Of a DNA stretch of 64,000 nt, positions 24,903-37,571 are shown in pieces. The stretch is from Phaeosaccion multiseriatum (taxonomy: Eukaryota; Protista; Ochrophyta, other classes). Location of the stretch: NCBI GenBank assembly GCA_965112735.1, contig OZ218954.1:1364001-1428000 (forward strand), given 5' to 3'. The position numbers were made by a program, and so were the translations under genes. Positions within the stretch are counted from its first letter, which is position 1; every line of letters begins with the position of its first letter. The notes under the pieces are model-generated. The model was not told where the DNA came from and ran no database searches. It saw only the letters and a program-made list of their open reading frames with translations.

Positions 24903-26635
24903 ATGAACGAGGCAGCAGGGAGATGCGAGATCGGCTCCCAAGCGATTCGCAAGCTTTCGTCTCGACTCTTTTGCCTCCTCACTCTCCTCCTCCTCTTCTG
25001 CGTGGCCTTTCCTTTCTTCCTCCTCTCCGTCCTAGTCCTTTCCCCCGTGCGAAGGTTCTGGCAGCAAAAGGGAAAGTACTGGTGGTCGAAGCGAGTAAGG
25101 GGAACAGTTAAGCTACCGCGGTCCTCTGATGCTGCGGATGACTGGACAACCAACACGAATAAGGAGAAGCATGGGGGCGATAGTGGTGATGGTGGTGCAA
25201 CGAACGTTGCCTCTACTGCAGCTTTGGGTGCTGGGCCCGAAGGTACCGCATCGAGCGGGGCTGGAAACGCTGGGGTCGCGGATGAAAGAGTGTCAGGGAC
25301 AGCACGTGGCGCTGGAGCAAAAGGTTGGTGCTGCAGGGCAGTAGTAGACCACCTCACTACCTGCCACGTCTTCCTGCCCGACTATATCCCTCGCCATCTC
25401 CACTCCACTTCCTTAGCACGCACGACCCTCACCATGCTGCTCTTGCTCTTGCTGCTGGTGCTGCTTACCACGCTATTGCACAGCGGATAGCGGTGTCGCT
25501 ACGCTGAACTGGAGGAAGGATGTGCGCTACTTTTCGCACTACATCGAAATGAGAGATGGTAAGAACGAGGGACTCAGCAGCAGAAAACAAGGTCGAAAGA
25601 AGGGGTGGAGGGAGGGGTCGCAGAGCCGATGGATGAGGTGGCAGGTACCTGCGGGGAGACTCGTGTATGCGGAGTCCGGGGTCTGACACGCGTTCTGATC
25701 GCTGGCACAGGAAACAGGGGGGCTTCAGTCGCGCCCTCGAATTGGAGAGGAGGAGGAGCTGCCTCTGCTTCACAAGTAGCCGTTGTTGGCTGTGCTTGCC
25801 CCTCTGCTTGACAAGCAGGCCATGCTGAGGCCGCCTCCCACCCACCCACCCCCCCCCTTCCCTCCCTTGTCTCCTCGGTCTGACCACCTGTCCGACAGGC
25901 GTCAAGATTGCAGCAGATGTGTACATCCCTATCCCACCACCAGGCTGTGACCGTAAGACCTGCAACAGCAGCAAGCAAGGGAACCAGCGTCATGCGCAGC
26001 AAGGACCGGAACAGGCAGGGGAAAGGGGAGAAAGAGCCCGGGAGACCGTCGAGGAGGGCTACAGGGCGAGCCACCCAACGAGTGGAGGGAAGAAGAGAGC
26101 GCGGTCGGGACAGGCGGGTAGGACCACGAGCAGCAGCAGTAACAGCGGTGGCCCATGCCACCCTTTGCCAGTGGTCTTCAATCAGGTGAGGCCAACTGCA
26201 GACTGCAGAGGTCGTATCGACGACAGAGTTACACCTTTTGAGCAAGCAAGCAAGCACCAGAAAGTTTTTAAGCCCCCCCCCCCTCCCCCCTTCACGCACA
26301 CACATGCACGCACACGTACGCACACGCACACGCGCCCACAGGCCAGGTACTATCGGAGCACGATGCTGCGATGGCCTCTGAACCACATCGTCAACGGAGG
26401 CAAGCCCTTGAGCATTATGAATCGAAACTTCTACAAGGTGAGTGGGGCCCGTGGTGTGGTGTAGTGGGTGGTGATGAAGGGGAGTAGTTGTGAGGTGACT
26501 ACGGTGTGGCCAGCGGCGAGGTGCCACCGTTGGGGGGCGGAAGGCGAGAGAGCCACTGTCCTCGGCGACAGACCTTAGTCGTGGTCTCTCCCTCTTCTCC
26601 CTCTCTCCGTCACAGTCTTCCTCCCTCTCTCTCTG

Positions 26636-26669
<34 letters not shown>

Positions 26670-29600
26670 GCCCTCGCCCTCAGGACTTTGTCAACAGAGG
26701 CATGGCCGTGGTGAGCATCGACGTGAGAGGCACGGGTAAGTGTTCCTTCTGCGGTGATGAAAGAAGAAAAAGAAGAGTATTGCTGGACCCATCTGGACCC
26801 AGTGCTGCCCATATGCCTCATTGGCAATGCCCAGTTGTCGTCCTTGAATGCGCCTCTTCGCCTCAACGTCTGTCGCCTTACACCTGTTGTTCTTGTCTCT
26901 ACACTCTACTGTCCCATTCCCTGCCCTGCCCTGCCCCGGGGGGCGGCTCAGGTGCCTCCTACGGCATCCATTCCTCTCCTTGGAACGAGGAGGAACAGCA
27001 GGTGCGTGACAGTACGTCACTCAGTCAGTCAGGGGTATATCAGGGGTATATCAGGGGTATATCAGGGGTATATCCGGGGTATATCAGGGGTATATCCACC
27101 TGTCCACGCTGTCTGCTACAATGTTTGGGATCTTTTTTGGTGCCACGCCTTTTCGGTGGTCAACACCCTCCTCTATGAAAGGCGGCCACGCACACACGCG
27201 CACACACATGCGGATACATGCACACATGCACGCACGCACGCACGCACGCACTCTCATCGGGTCTCCGAAGTCAAGAAGGAAGAAGGATATCCTTACTCAT
27301 ATCTCTCTTCTCTCTCTCACACACACACACTCACGCACATATACACACCCACACACGTACACACAGGACTCCGTCGAGGTTCTGGACTGGATCGCAGCGC
27401 AGCCCTGGTGTAACGGCAAAATCGGGCTGTGGGGCACCAGCTACGAAGGTACGCGTGGAGGTGATGCGAGGAGGAGGATGAGGAGGAGGAGGAGGAGGAG
27501 GAGGAGGAGGCGGTACTGAAACAAGGTCACCCTCTCTGTCTCATACATGTATGAAGGAGATACGAGGAGGAGGATGAGGAGGAGGTGGTATTGAAACACG
27601 GCCGCCCTCTCTATCTCATTCTGTCATGCTCTCCCCCCTCTCCTCTCCTCTGCTCTGCTCCGCGGCACCAACCCCCCAGGCACGGCCGCCCTGTTCACAT
27701 CGCTGAAGCTTCATCCCGCGGTGGGGGCTTGCTGTCCGATGTTCGCCTTCTGGTGCTTGTATGACGACCTGGCCTTTCCGGGTGAGAGAGAGAGGCGAGA
27801 GTGAGAGTAGGATTGAGCGTGGGAGTGAGTGTGTGTGTATGTGTACGTGAGAGAGAGAGAGGCAGGCCGCGGTGCGCGGCAGAAAGAGGAGAGAGTCCGA
27901 TTAAGAAGCCACGGTTTGCGCACCCGCACGCCACGGTTCGCACTCAATCTCTCCACCCTCCCCTGCACCCCCCCTCCTTCACACACCCTGGCGCGCCATC
28001 TTCTGCATCGATGGTACACACACATGTGACGTGTCGGCAGGAGGGATTCCCATGCAAAGCTTCACATCGCAGTGGCAGAAGCTCCTGACGGCACTGGACT
28101 CCGGCTCAATGTCCAAGGTTAGCCCTATTTGGGGCCTGCTGGCGGAGTCCGTGCAGCCCGTGGAGCCCGACGGTCAGGGTTGGGGCCTTGGAATACGCAA
28201 GCTCACACGGTGAGAGTGAGAGGAGGGTGAGGGGTGAGGGTTGCGTGTCTTGCCTTTCGTCTGCCCTGATATGAATCGATCGATGGGTGGAGGACCCTTC
28301 TCCCTGCTATCCTCTCTCTCTCTTGCCGGCCGATGGATCTCCTCGCCCCCCCCTCTTTCCCCCTGGGGCAGTAGAAAGTCCAAATTCATTTCCCTCGGGG
28401 CCCTGAGCATTCCTTCCTCCCTCTGGCCTCCACTCTGAACAACAAATGCACTCTCGTGTGTGTCACTTTCGGAAGGTTTTCTAGGGAGGTCAAGGTTGTC
28501 AATCCTCTCTCGGGGCCTTCGCTTTGCTTCGCTTCGCTTACCCTGCCTCTCTGGCCTGTCCTTCTGTCCTCCTCTTCCCCTCTCCTGCCTGATCTTCGGT
28601 CTTCCCCCATGCCCTCTCGTCAATGGACTGGGCGGGTTTGGGCAGCGGTCGAGAGCGATCTAACTGGGGCCTGCAGAATGAGGCCATACGCTATCTTGAT
28701 GACCAAAGTTACCTCTCAGGTAAGCGGAGCTCGGTATGACGCACGCACGTGCACACACACACATACACACACATGCACACACACACACACACACACATGC
28801 ACACGAGCACACACAAAACACACGACTTACAGCTCGGAGGTGGGGAAGACTCTCTCTTTGTCTACTCCATCTCTATCTCTTCCTACCCTGTCCACTCACC
28901 TCACCCACCCATACATACCCCCCCCCCTGCTTCCCTTGGGTCCCCCCTCAGGCGCGGTGGTGGAGAGCGCGTGCGTTTGGAGGGCCGCCAACGCCCTCCT
29001 CTCCTCACAACCGACCTCCGAGCTCACCAAGAGCCTTCCACACTTCCTCCATGTTTCGGGTTGGATGGACGCCTCTGCCCACGCTGCCCTACTGGCACAC
29101 GCACACCTTCCCTCCAAGGGAAAGGAGTTGCTCATTGGTGGATGGAATCACGCAGGACTGCAGCATGTGAGGCTACACCACAAGACGGGACTCACCAGGT
29201 CAGCGGGATTGGAGTGGGGTAGGGTGGGGTGGGTTGGGTTGGGGTTGGGTTGGGTTGGGCTGGCTTGGCTTGGGTCGGGTCGGGTTGGGTTGGCTTGGGT
29301 TGATTTGGGTTGATTTGGGTTGGGTTGGAATGGGTTGGGTTGGGTCAGGTAGGGTTGGTGTGGGGTGGGTTGGATTCGATTGCGTTGTAGTGGGGTGGCA
29401 ATATTACCCAATAGTGGTGTGTGTACTCTCATTCACACGCTAAGTCAATGACGTACCCTCCCCCCCCCTCCTCCTCCTCCTCCCCATACACGGTATGTGT
29501 CCTCCTTCTTTTCTTCTTCTGACAGTTTCAACCTCGTGGAAGAAGTGGGGCGTTACTTTGAGAGAGTTCTGTGTGGATCTTCCCACGCCGAGCACGCTCC

Positions 29601-31977
29601 ACAGCCCCGACCTGGAGCGAGCATGCCGCAAGGAGCAGCAGCTGTAGCAGAAGGAGGGGGGGGGGGAGGAGGACGAGGAGGAGGAGGAGGAGGAGGAGGA
29701 GGAGGAGGAGGAGGAGGAGGGAGGGGGGGGGGAGGTGGAGGAGGAGCAGCAGCAGCTGAAGCAGCAGTAGCAACAGCAGTAGCAACAGCAGTGGGGGACA
29801 TAGCAGTAACGGCAACCGTTGGTGATACAGCAGCAGCTTCAGCAGTCCCACCTGTCCGCTACTGGTGCCACCAGGTAAGAAGGGTTGGTGGAGGAGTTCC
29901 CACACATGACTGGATCCTCCCTCTAAGAAGAGAGAGTCAAGAGTGAGAGAGAGAGAGACTTGCCTCACTCTCCCCCATGATAAGGGCGTACTTGAACTGT
30001 CCCTAAGCTACCATGATCGGTTTGAACTATTCCAGAGCTCCCATGATGGTACAGGAAGCGTTCCAATACAAACGAACACACAGTAACATCCTCCAAAGGA
30101 AGGACTGAGTCGCGTTTCGCAGAGCACATACATGTACGCAGACAGAAAGAACGTATTCCCTGATCCAGATGCTGCTTGTCTCTCTCTCGCTCTCTCACTG
30201 TATGTGTGTATGTGCGTGTGCGTGCGTGCCACCAGGAGGAGAAGTGGCATCAAGGGAGCACTTTCCCCTTTTTGCCCAATCAGCGAGAGGATGTACGGCT
30301 GCTGCTCGCTGAGGCGCAGGGTGGGGTGGGACAGGTCGCAGGAGGAGATGGAGAAGCTGGCGAAGGGGAGGGAGGGGGCGCGGGATGGCAGTGGACGGGG
30401 CGAGGCAGGAGGCTTCTACCTGCTTCCTCAGCGACAGCCGGAGTGGCGGCAGAGGGTGACGGCTCTGGCCGGGCCGCCGCCGGAGAGGGGGGCGACGACC
30501 GTGAGGGAGCGTCAGGGGCAGGGACAGGGGGGGGGGGGGGGGGCGGTCTCCGAGTCGAGGGGGAGGCGGAGACGCTGACAATTGGCGGCGATCGGGTTCG
30601 CATGTTCACGATCTGCTTGTGGATGTGAGGAAGGATGTAAGTTGGTTCAATTACGTAGCGTGAAGTTTCAGTGCCAGTGCTTGGGCGCACGGCTCTGTGC
30701 GGCTCTGCCCCCAATGTTCGAGCACACGCCCCCGCTAACTGGCTAACGTGCGCGTGTGCGTGTGCGTGTGTGTGTGTGTGCGTGGGTTTGCGCGCATGTA
30801 TGCATGTGCATGTATACGTGCGTGTGTGTGCGTGTGTGTGCAGGTGGACGCCATGGGCAAGAGCCGGTGGGAGGCCATGACGGACGTAAGTGATAAGTGA
30901 TGGCTTGGGTGAAGAGAGGGAAGGGGAAGGGAGCAAGCAAACACACAACGCAGTACCTTCGTACCTTGGGGCGTTCGACAACCCTTAGTGGGGATGTCCT
31001 AGAGGAAGGGAGGGAAGCAGCACCACGGAAAGATGTACGGAACGATGCATGAACCTCTTTTTCTCAGCCACTGAAGTGTGCTCCCCTCACGGTCTATCCC
31101 CCGCGCCGATGTGCCTATCTCGATGTGTCAATGTCGGTGCGTTAATCTCAATGTGTCAAATCTCGATGTGTCACTCTCGATGTGTCGATCTCGATATCCT
31201 AATCTTGCACTACTCAGGTGTTCAAGCTCATCTCCTACGACTTCTCTCACAAGAGCGTCAATCATCTCCGCTTCACATCAGCGCCTCTGCAAAGGTGAGG
31301 CGCAGTAAGAACACACACATACACACAACCACACACGCATGCTCACGCACTCTGGTCTACACAAACTCACGCATTCACACATACGCACACGTACGCGCAC
31401 ACACGCACGCATGCACGCATACCTCTCCTCTCGCTGTCTGCCCTCTCCTCTCCTCTCCCCTCCTCTTCCCCCCCCCTCCCGGTACACTACCGACAGAGAC
31501 TTGGAGGTTACGGGCTACCCGGTTGTAACGCTGTGGGTGAGCTCTCCCTGTGTAGACGGCATCCCCTCCAGGCCAGTGCTGGACGTCTTTGCGTATCTGC
31601 AGGCAGTCCGACCTGAGCCACCCGACGCAGGAAGGGGCAGCAAAAATGGCAGCAGACGAGACGCCACGATATACGTGTCGGAAGGCTGCTTCAGGACCGA
31701 ACATCGACAGGAGGTTCCTCGCGACGCATCAGCAGCAGCAGCAGCAGCAGTTGGTGATACAGCACCTGTGGCCGATGCCCGAGCCCTCCCAGACCCTGCC
31801 GTCCCCATCCATACCTTCCACAGAGGGGACGCGCTGCCCCTCCCTACTGCACCCTCGGCTGCTGTATCACCAACTGTTGGTGGTGGTGGTGGTGGTGGTG
31901 GTGGTGGTGGTGATGGTTCTTCGGAAACGCTTGGCGACGACGTGGAGAGAGGGCAAGCGGGGAAGGCTGTGGAGCGG

Positions 31978-32008
<31 letters not shown>

Positions 32009-32433
32009 TGTTGAAGCCCGTCTGTGTGCGGTTTCGTCTGATGCCCACCTCCTTCCTCTTTCTCAAGGGTCAGCGCGTGAGGCTCAGCATCGGAGGCGCT
32101 GATTCACGGCACTTCCACCCCCTTCTGTACGACAACCAAGAGACAAGTGATGGCAGGAATGGCAGTAGCAGTGGCGATGGTGGTGGTGGTGGTGCTGTTG
32201 CTGCTGAAGGAGGAGGTGGTGGTGGTGCTGTTGCTGCTGGAGGAGGAGAGCAATCGAAGAAAGGAGCAAGGGCAGGGGTGGTAGGGAAAGACAACAAGGA
32301 CGTCGACAACGGGCTCCGCGTGCTTCGGGTGCACACCGGGGGCATGTTTCAGAGTAGCTTGCACCTGCCATGCTGCCCTCGCGTTGAGCACGTTGAAGAC
32401 CGCGGCCAGGAGCGGCTGCAGCAGTTGGTGGTA

Positions 32434-32465
<32 letters not shown>

Positions 32466-32661
32466 GCGGCAGGAGGAAAAGGAGGAGAAGGAGAAGGCGG
32501 AGGAGGAGGGCGAGAAGGGGGGGGGGGAGGAGGCATCGAAGGGTTCCTCCCTTGCCCTTCTGTCACTGGACAAGAGCAAGGCAAGGCGATCTGGAGAGGG
32601 CCAGCCCAACCCGTCTTCCTCCTCCACCTTGTCCACGTCGCTCTTTAGGGAATCGTGGTGA
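24903..32661 (+). CDS. CocE/NonD (peptidase S15 / X-Pro dipeptidyl-peptidase) family alpha/beta hydrolase with an N-terminal hydrophobic anchor, multi-exon
   Basis: YIEMRDGVKIAADVYIP, VSIDVRGTGAS.G, LDWIAAQPWCNGKIGLWGTSYEG (nucleophile GxSYxG), SGWMD, IGGWNH, and a C-terminal domain DLEVTGYPVVTLWVSS...PTSFLFLKGQRVRLSIGGAD. Confidence 0.9.
27030..27096. repeat. 11-bp tandem repeat (caggggtatat) x~6, intronic
   Basis: Direct inspection. Confidence 0.9.
29216..29372. repeat. (GGGTT)n-like G-rich pentamer array, intronic
   Basis: Imperfect gggtt/gggct/gggtc repeats. Confidence 0.85.
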
Positions 32662-32712
32662 CCCCCCCCCCCCCCATGCCTGGGGGCCGCACGCACACAC
32701 ACACTCACACAT

Positions 32713-32761
<49 letters not shown>

Positions 32762-33090
32762 AACCATGTTGAGCTCACTTTTGTTGTTTTTGTTGTTGTT
32801 GTTATTTGTTGTTGTTGTTGTCTTTGGGTCAAGTGCATAATAATTTCACCTCATTTTAACCGGCGAACTTATCGTACTCTGTGGAGCATCACCGACTACG
32901 CTGTTGTGTGTGTTGTCCCACGCACTCCTAACTCTAAGGAAAGGAGTGTATCCCCCTCCTTTGTGTAAGTTGGCACAAGTCGAGGACAAGATGAAATTGA
33001 GGGACAGAGAGAGAGAGGTCCTTTCAGTCTTCGGTCTCTCAGTTAAGCCAACAAAAATCTTCTTCGAGTTACCCTTTGCTTCAATTCAAC

Positions 33091-35792
33091 TTAAGCGGCG
33101 AACATGAATCTCTTAAAGATGTCGACTTCCGCCACCCCTCCGTAGCACACACCCAACCGCTGCTCCAGAGACTTCACCTCGACGTCCAGCACCGAGCAAG
33201 GAGCCACAGCGTCAACACCACCTCCACCACTTGGTAATACAGCAGCAGCAGCCGCAGCAGCAGCAGCAGCAGCAGGGGGGGGGGCGATGCAGCTTGCTCC
33301 ACCCGCTGCTTCGATAATGAGGGCGATGGGAGCGCACTCGTAGAGTAAGCGGAGCTTGGCCTTGGCGGCGGGGGAGGGTACGTTGCTGAACACGCCCTTG
33401 CCCTATACGGTACATTGGGGGGGGGGGTAGCGGTGCCGTGCGGTGAGGTGGGGGGGTGGGGGGAGGGGCCGGGTGAATGGACTTTGATGTACTACGAAGT
33501 ATGTGTCAGGGGGGAGGGTGGGGGAGGGACGAAATGAATGGATGGGTCATTGGTGCGTGCGTGTGTGTCTAAAGGCTGTGTGGCGGCCGAGAAGACAAAA
33601 CCCCTTCCGAAACAAAGTCGAGGTCGAAAAAACTGCCCAACTCTTTTACAAGCAAGTCTTACGTACCTTGATGAGAATGTGGTTAACGTCGGGCACCTGC
33701 GTTAAGGCAGAGAAGGAAGAATGAAAGGGTACAACGAGGGGAATGACAAGGCATTAAGAGAGGCAGGTAGAGAGGAGGTTACAGGATTAGAGAGAGTGGA
33801 CTTGAGAGAGTGAGATAGCGCGGGGCCACGGAATTACTCACCATCCCCCCGGTGTACCGTAATGTATACCGCTCGTCCACCCAGTAATCAAACAGCTTCC
33901 TGTGAAGGGGAGAAGGAGGAGGAGGAGGAGGCAGACAGCATGAGAAGGGGGCGGAGGGGAAGGCGGGGCTGATGCACAGCACGGCGTGCAGCAGGAGTGA
34001 GCTGAAGAGCGAGAAACACCACCTGGCCATCTCAACTATCCATCGCCTGCGTCTCTTCGCCGTTGGGCTTCCCCCTTCCCTCCCAACTAATCAAGTAGTC
34101 CCTCCATTCGGAGCGGAGGACTGTAAAGGGGCGATCAAGCATCTGCTGTTTGCCCCTTCCCCCTTTTCCCTGCACCCATACGCTTCTTGATGCTGTCGTA
34201 CTTGTATGCGGGGCAGTCTGCGGTGGCTCTGAGGTTTCCCGGTGCGAACACCTTGCCACTGCTCGCGATGCTTAGCTTGGGTCTCGTGAGGTACCAATGC
34301 CCAATTCTGCCGTTCCAGGTCATCTCTACACACACCTGATGGCGGCGAACAAGAGAATGCGTACAGCGTGTGGGTGGGTTGGGGGGGATGGGCCGGTGGT
34401 GGCAATGTGCCGCGGAGACAAGAAGGAAGGAGGGGGGAGCAGAGGGCGAACACGAGGAGGAAGCGGGGCGGGGCACGGGAGGTGCATTGGGCTGCTGTAT
34501 AGGCAAGTAGGCAAGTAGGCATGTGGCAGATAGGTAGGCAGCCATATGCATATCGGCCCTTCTCTTCGAAGGCGATCAAAGGCAAGGTCGACCACCATAG
34601 AGAGAGATGACAGCGTCGAGAGTTAATTTGCCTTTCTTACCGAGCCCTTTTCTTGACCGGTGGCTGCCTCTGGAATGGCGATAATCTGAGAGAGAGAGGG
34701 GGGGGGGGGGGGGGGGGGAGATGAGAAAAAAAGCACTTGGCAGGCGAGCAAGGAGAGCGGCGGGGCGCGCGTGCGCACGTTCGAAGCACACGCGAAGGAA
34801 GGAGCGGAGAGAGAAAGCCCTTCCTTTTTAAGTCGTACCATTGTCGTGCGAGGCCCGTAAGTGGTGATGACTGCGGCGGCTTGCTCCTTGCCAGTAACGC
34901 CAATGAGGCGGGACCCCGGCCCTGCGGGACCGTGAGCAGCAGACGACAAGCGGGGCCAACAGCAGCAAGGAGAGAGGAGCAACCCATTAGCAAGAGTGCA
35001 GCAAGAGAGGGGATGATAGACGGGTGAAGCCAGCCAGCGAACCAACCAACCAATCAACCAGGAGGAGCACTGCACTCACAAACGCCGAAGATGCTACCAA
35101 CTGCAAAGTTGGGCTCAATAACCGACGACCCATCCAAAGGATCGAAGGCCACGCTGTATCCTTCGCCGCCCAGAGCTACCTCCTCCGGCTTCTCCTCGCT
35201 CGACGCTGTGGCAACCACGCCGCTATCCTTGAGGTGCGAGAAGATCGACCTGAGGAGGAGGAGGAGGAGGAGGAGGAGGAGGAGGAGGAGGAGGAGGAGG
35301 AGGAGGAGGAGCGAAGAGTGTGTGAGGCACTGATCGCGGGCGAGAGAATGAAAGACTTTTCGCTGGCGTCAGTCACCCCATGCCCTCACGTACTGGTCAG
35401 CCTGTAGATCGATGGCGAGCTGACCGTCTCCGAACTCGTTGCTCGTCCCTGCCGCAGCGTGGCCCTCCTCTACCGTCCTGTCGAGGTGAAGGGGAGCTAG
35501 GGACATGAGAACGGGGAACATATTGTCCTTCTCCGTTCCCTGACAGAGCCGGGAAAGGGCAGAAAAGGAAGCAGTCCAGGAAGAACGAGGGGAAGAAGCA
35601 CCCGTCGAGTCACTCGTCCTGCCCTCACCTAAGATGATCGCCAATCCATGCTGAGGCATCGGCGATGGCTGTAAGCACCTTGATGAGAGGGTTCTCCTTT
35701 CCCTTCGAGTTGTGCACCAGGCCAGAGAGGATGTCCTCTACGCTGTGGTCCACCTCTCCACTCTGCACCTTCTTGGCTGCCAGTTCGGCCAT
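33091..35792 (-). CDS. SBP: Sedoheptulose-1,7-bisphosphatase (FBPase class I family), no N-terminal targeting peptide, multi-exon
   Basis: NEFGDGQLAIDL, SSEE, VAFDPLDGSS, FGVWPGSRLIGVTG, YGPRTT, FAPGNLRAT, YTLRYTGGMVPDV, KLRLLYECAPIA. The WPG..L.G.TG, PGNLRAT and LRYTGGMVPDV motifs are SBPase-type. In-frame TAG four codons upstream of ATG 35792. Confidence 0.92.
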
Positions 35793-36148
35793 GGTACAGC
35801 TCTACACTGCTACGATTGCTGCTGCCACCGGCTCCTGCAACACCAAAGAAGGGGAAGGGAAGGGAGGCAATGGTTTGTGAATCTTTTGGCTGGGAGCTCC
35901 CCCCCTCCTTCCAAGGGAAATAACCGTCAGCATTACCCGAGCATGTAGCTATTAACTGATCTTACAGTTCTTCTGCTGCTGCTGCTGCGGTGCTGACTTC
36001 TTTTTTTTTGTGTGGAAGGAGCATCTGTGAGTCGAAGAGCCATCACGTGTAGATTGGCTGCTTGGGCTTGGTTGCTTGCTTGTTGTGCTCGTTGAGAAGG
36101 ATTGTCAAGTGGGGTTGCACAGAGATTCATTCTCGCCAGTCCGCTTTG

Positions 36149-36708
36149 ATGTTGTCTGCAGCTCACCGATGGACTGGACTTCTCTCTCGTAAGCTCCGGC
36201 CCAGAATTCCAGCACCCTCGAGAGCAGCAGCACAACGACGATGCAGGTTTTCGGGCCCGCTTCGGGCAGTGTTCGCACCCACCAGAGGAGTAGCAGCAGG
36301 AGCAGCACAGCGGCGCAGGCTTTCGCAGCAGGCGACAAAGCCACTCTACTTACACATTGGTCCATCGGGGGACTGTTGGACAGGGCCTTCCATTTTTGCG
36401 GCGAAGCACCTGCAATCCGACTACGTCAGGGTGAGTGCTGGACGCCAGGAACGGCTGGCGATTGACACGCATCTGCTCTATCTACCACTCTCCCCTACCT
36501 CCCTATATCTCCTCCCTGTCCTCTCTTCCCTTTCCCCTGTCCGTGCCTGAAGAGCATTCTCTTACCAGATAGTGTTGCCATTGAGTCTTTGCTGGAAGCC
36601 ATTCAAGAGGACACGCCACTTCAGCACCTGATCTACGACGAGCAGCGGATACCGCCGTCTTTATTGGAGAAAGCAACGAAGCGAGATACTGAGGACTCAG
36701 ATACGTGA
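36149..36708 (+). CDS. Small hypothetical protein (145 aa) with an Arg-rich mitochondrial-like presequence; exons 36149-36430 and 36553-36708
   Basis: Phase-0 GT-AG intron joins LYLHIGPSGDCWTGPSIFAAKHLQSDYVR to SILLPDSVAIESLLEAIQEDTPLQHLIYDEQRIP. The N-terminus is rich in R/S/A with no acidic residues. Confidence 0.65.
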
Positions 36709-37571
36709 GAGTCATCGGCATCAAGAGTGTGGGCATTTCCTTCTGTTTGCAGGCGCTGTACTTCCGTTTTGTCAAGCAGAGCAGCCAAAGAAGGCCTCAA
36801 TAACTGTTCATACATGTATTTTATTGAGCGCGCTGCTGGCGGCTAGAATTGGATCGGTGGCCGTGGGAGAGTGATTTTCGTGAGCTCGTCTCTAAATAGG
36901 GAGTAGGCGTCTCCGAGGCGATTGCAGCTGATTCAACCGCAGGAGACGACCGAGGCAGGAAGAATCTCCCCCTGTCTTAGAATTGCGGACACCCGACGCT
37001 ACATACGCCAAAGTTCGGCGCCCTGCTGTTGCGGGCGTTTCAAGCGATAGCCGAGCCACAGCACTGGGCTCAGAGTAGCTCTTTTGGCTGGATACGCTGC
37101 CGCTTCACTCCCCCCTGCCTGCCCGCTTCGCGAGGGATAGACCGCACCCCAGGACAAGGGAGGCCTGAAGTTAGGGGGCTCGAGGCTTATCGAGGGTGAG
37201 TGGCAGGGCCGGGAGTGGCAGCGACGCATTGTTCTCTCTTCTGTAAAGGACAGTCGAGGGTCGTCGTCCCTACCGCTGGAGCAAAGTCACTTTGAAGAGA
37301 GAGAGAGAGAAAACTGAATTGGAGGAGACATGGGATGGCATTAAAGGTCCAAGTAGTCAAGAAGAGGAGCAGTGGCAGTACGAGCACCAGTAAAACACCG
37401 ATGACTCGTTTCTCAGAGTCTGCCGTAAAAAAAAAACTTCATGTTGCATCTTGCCGTTCTCGCCCCGCTCAGAGTCTTGTTACGAATGCCTCGCTGGGCT
37501 GGTGCTACAGTACCTGCTCTCCCTGAGTCGCTCTTTCACAGCCGCCCCAAGAACAGTATAGGCACTCACGC

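Noticed and set aside
29216-29372. GGGTT repeats as an interstitial telomere
   Set aside because: Imperfect pentamers rather than TTAGGG/TTTAGGG; fits the general intronic repeat pattern.
36865-36970. Possible branched RNA structure (gggaga/tctccc; cgtctcc/ggagacg)
   Set aside because: Stems are short for a GC-rich background and no snoRNA, snRNA, SECIS or riboswitch motif was recognised; would need Infernal or covariation support.
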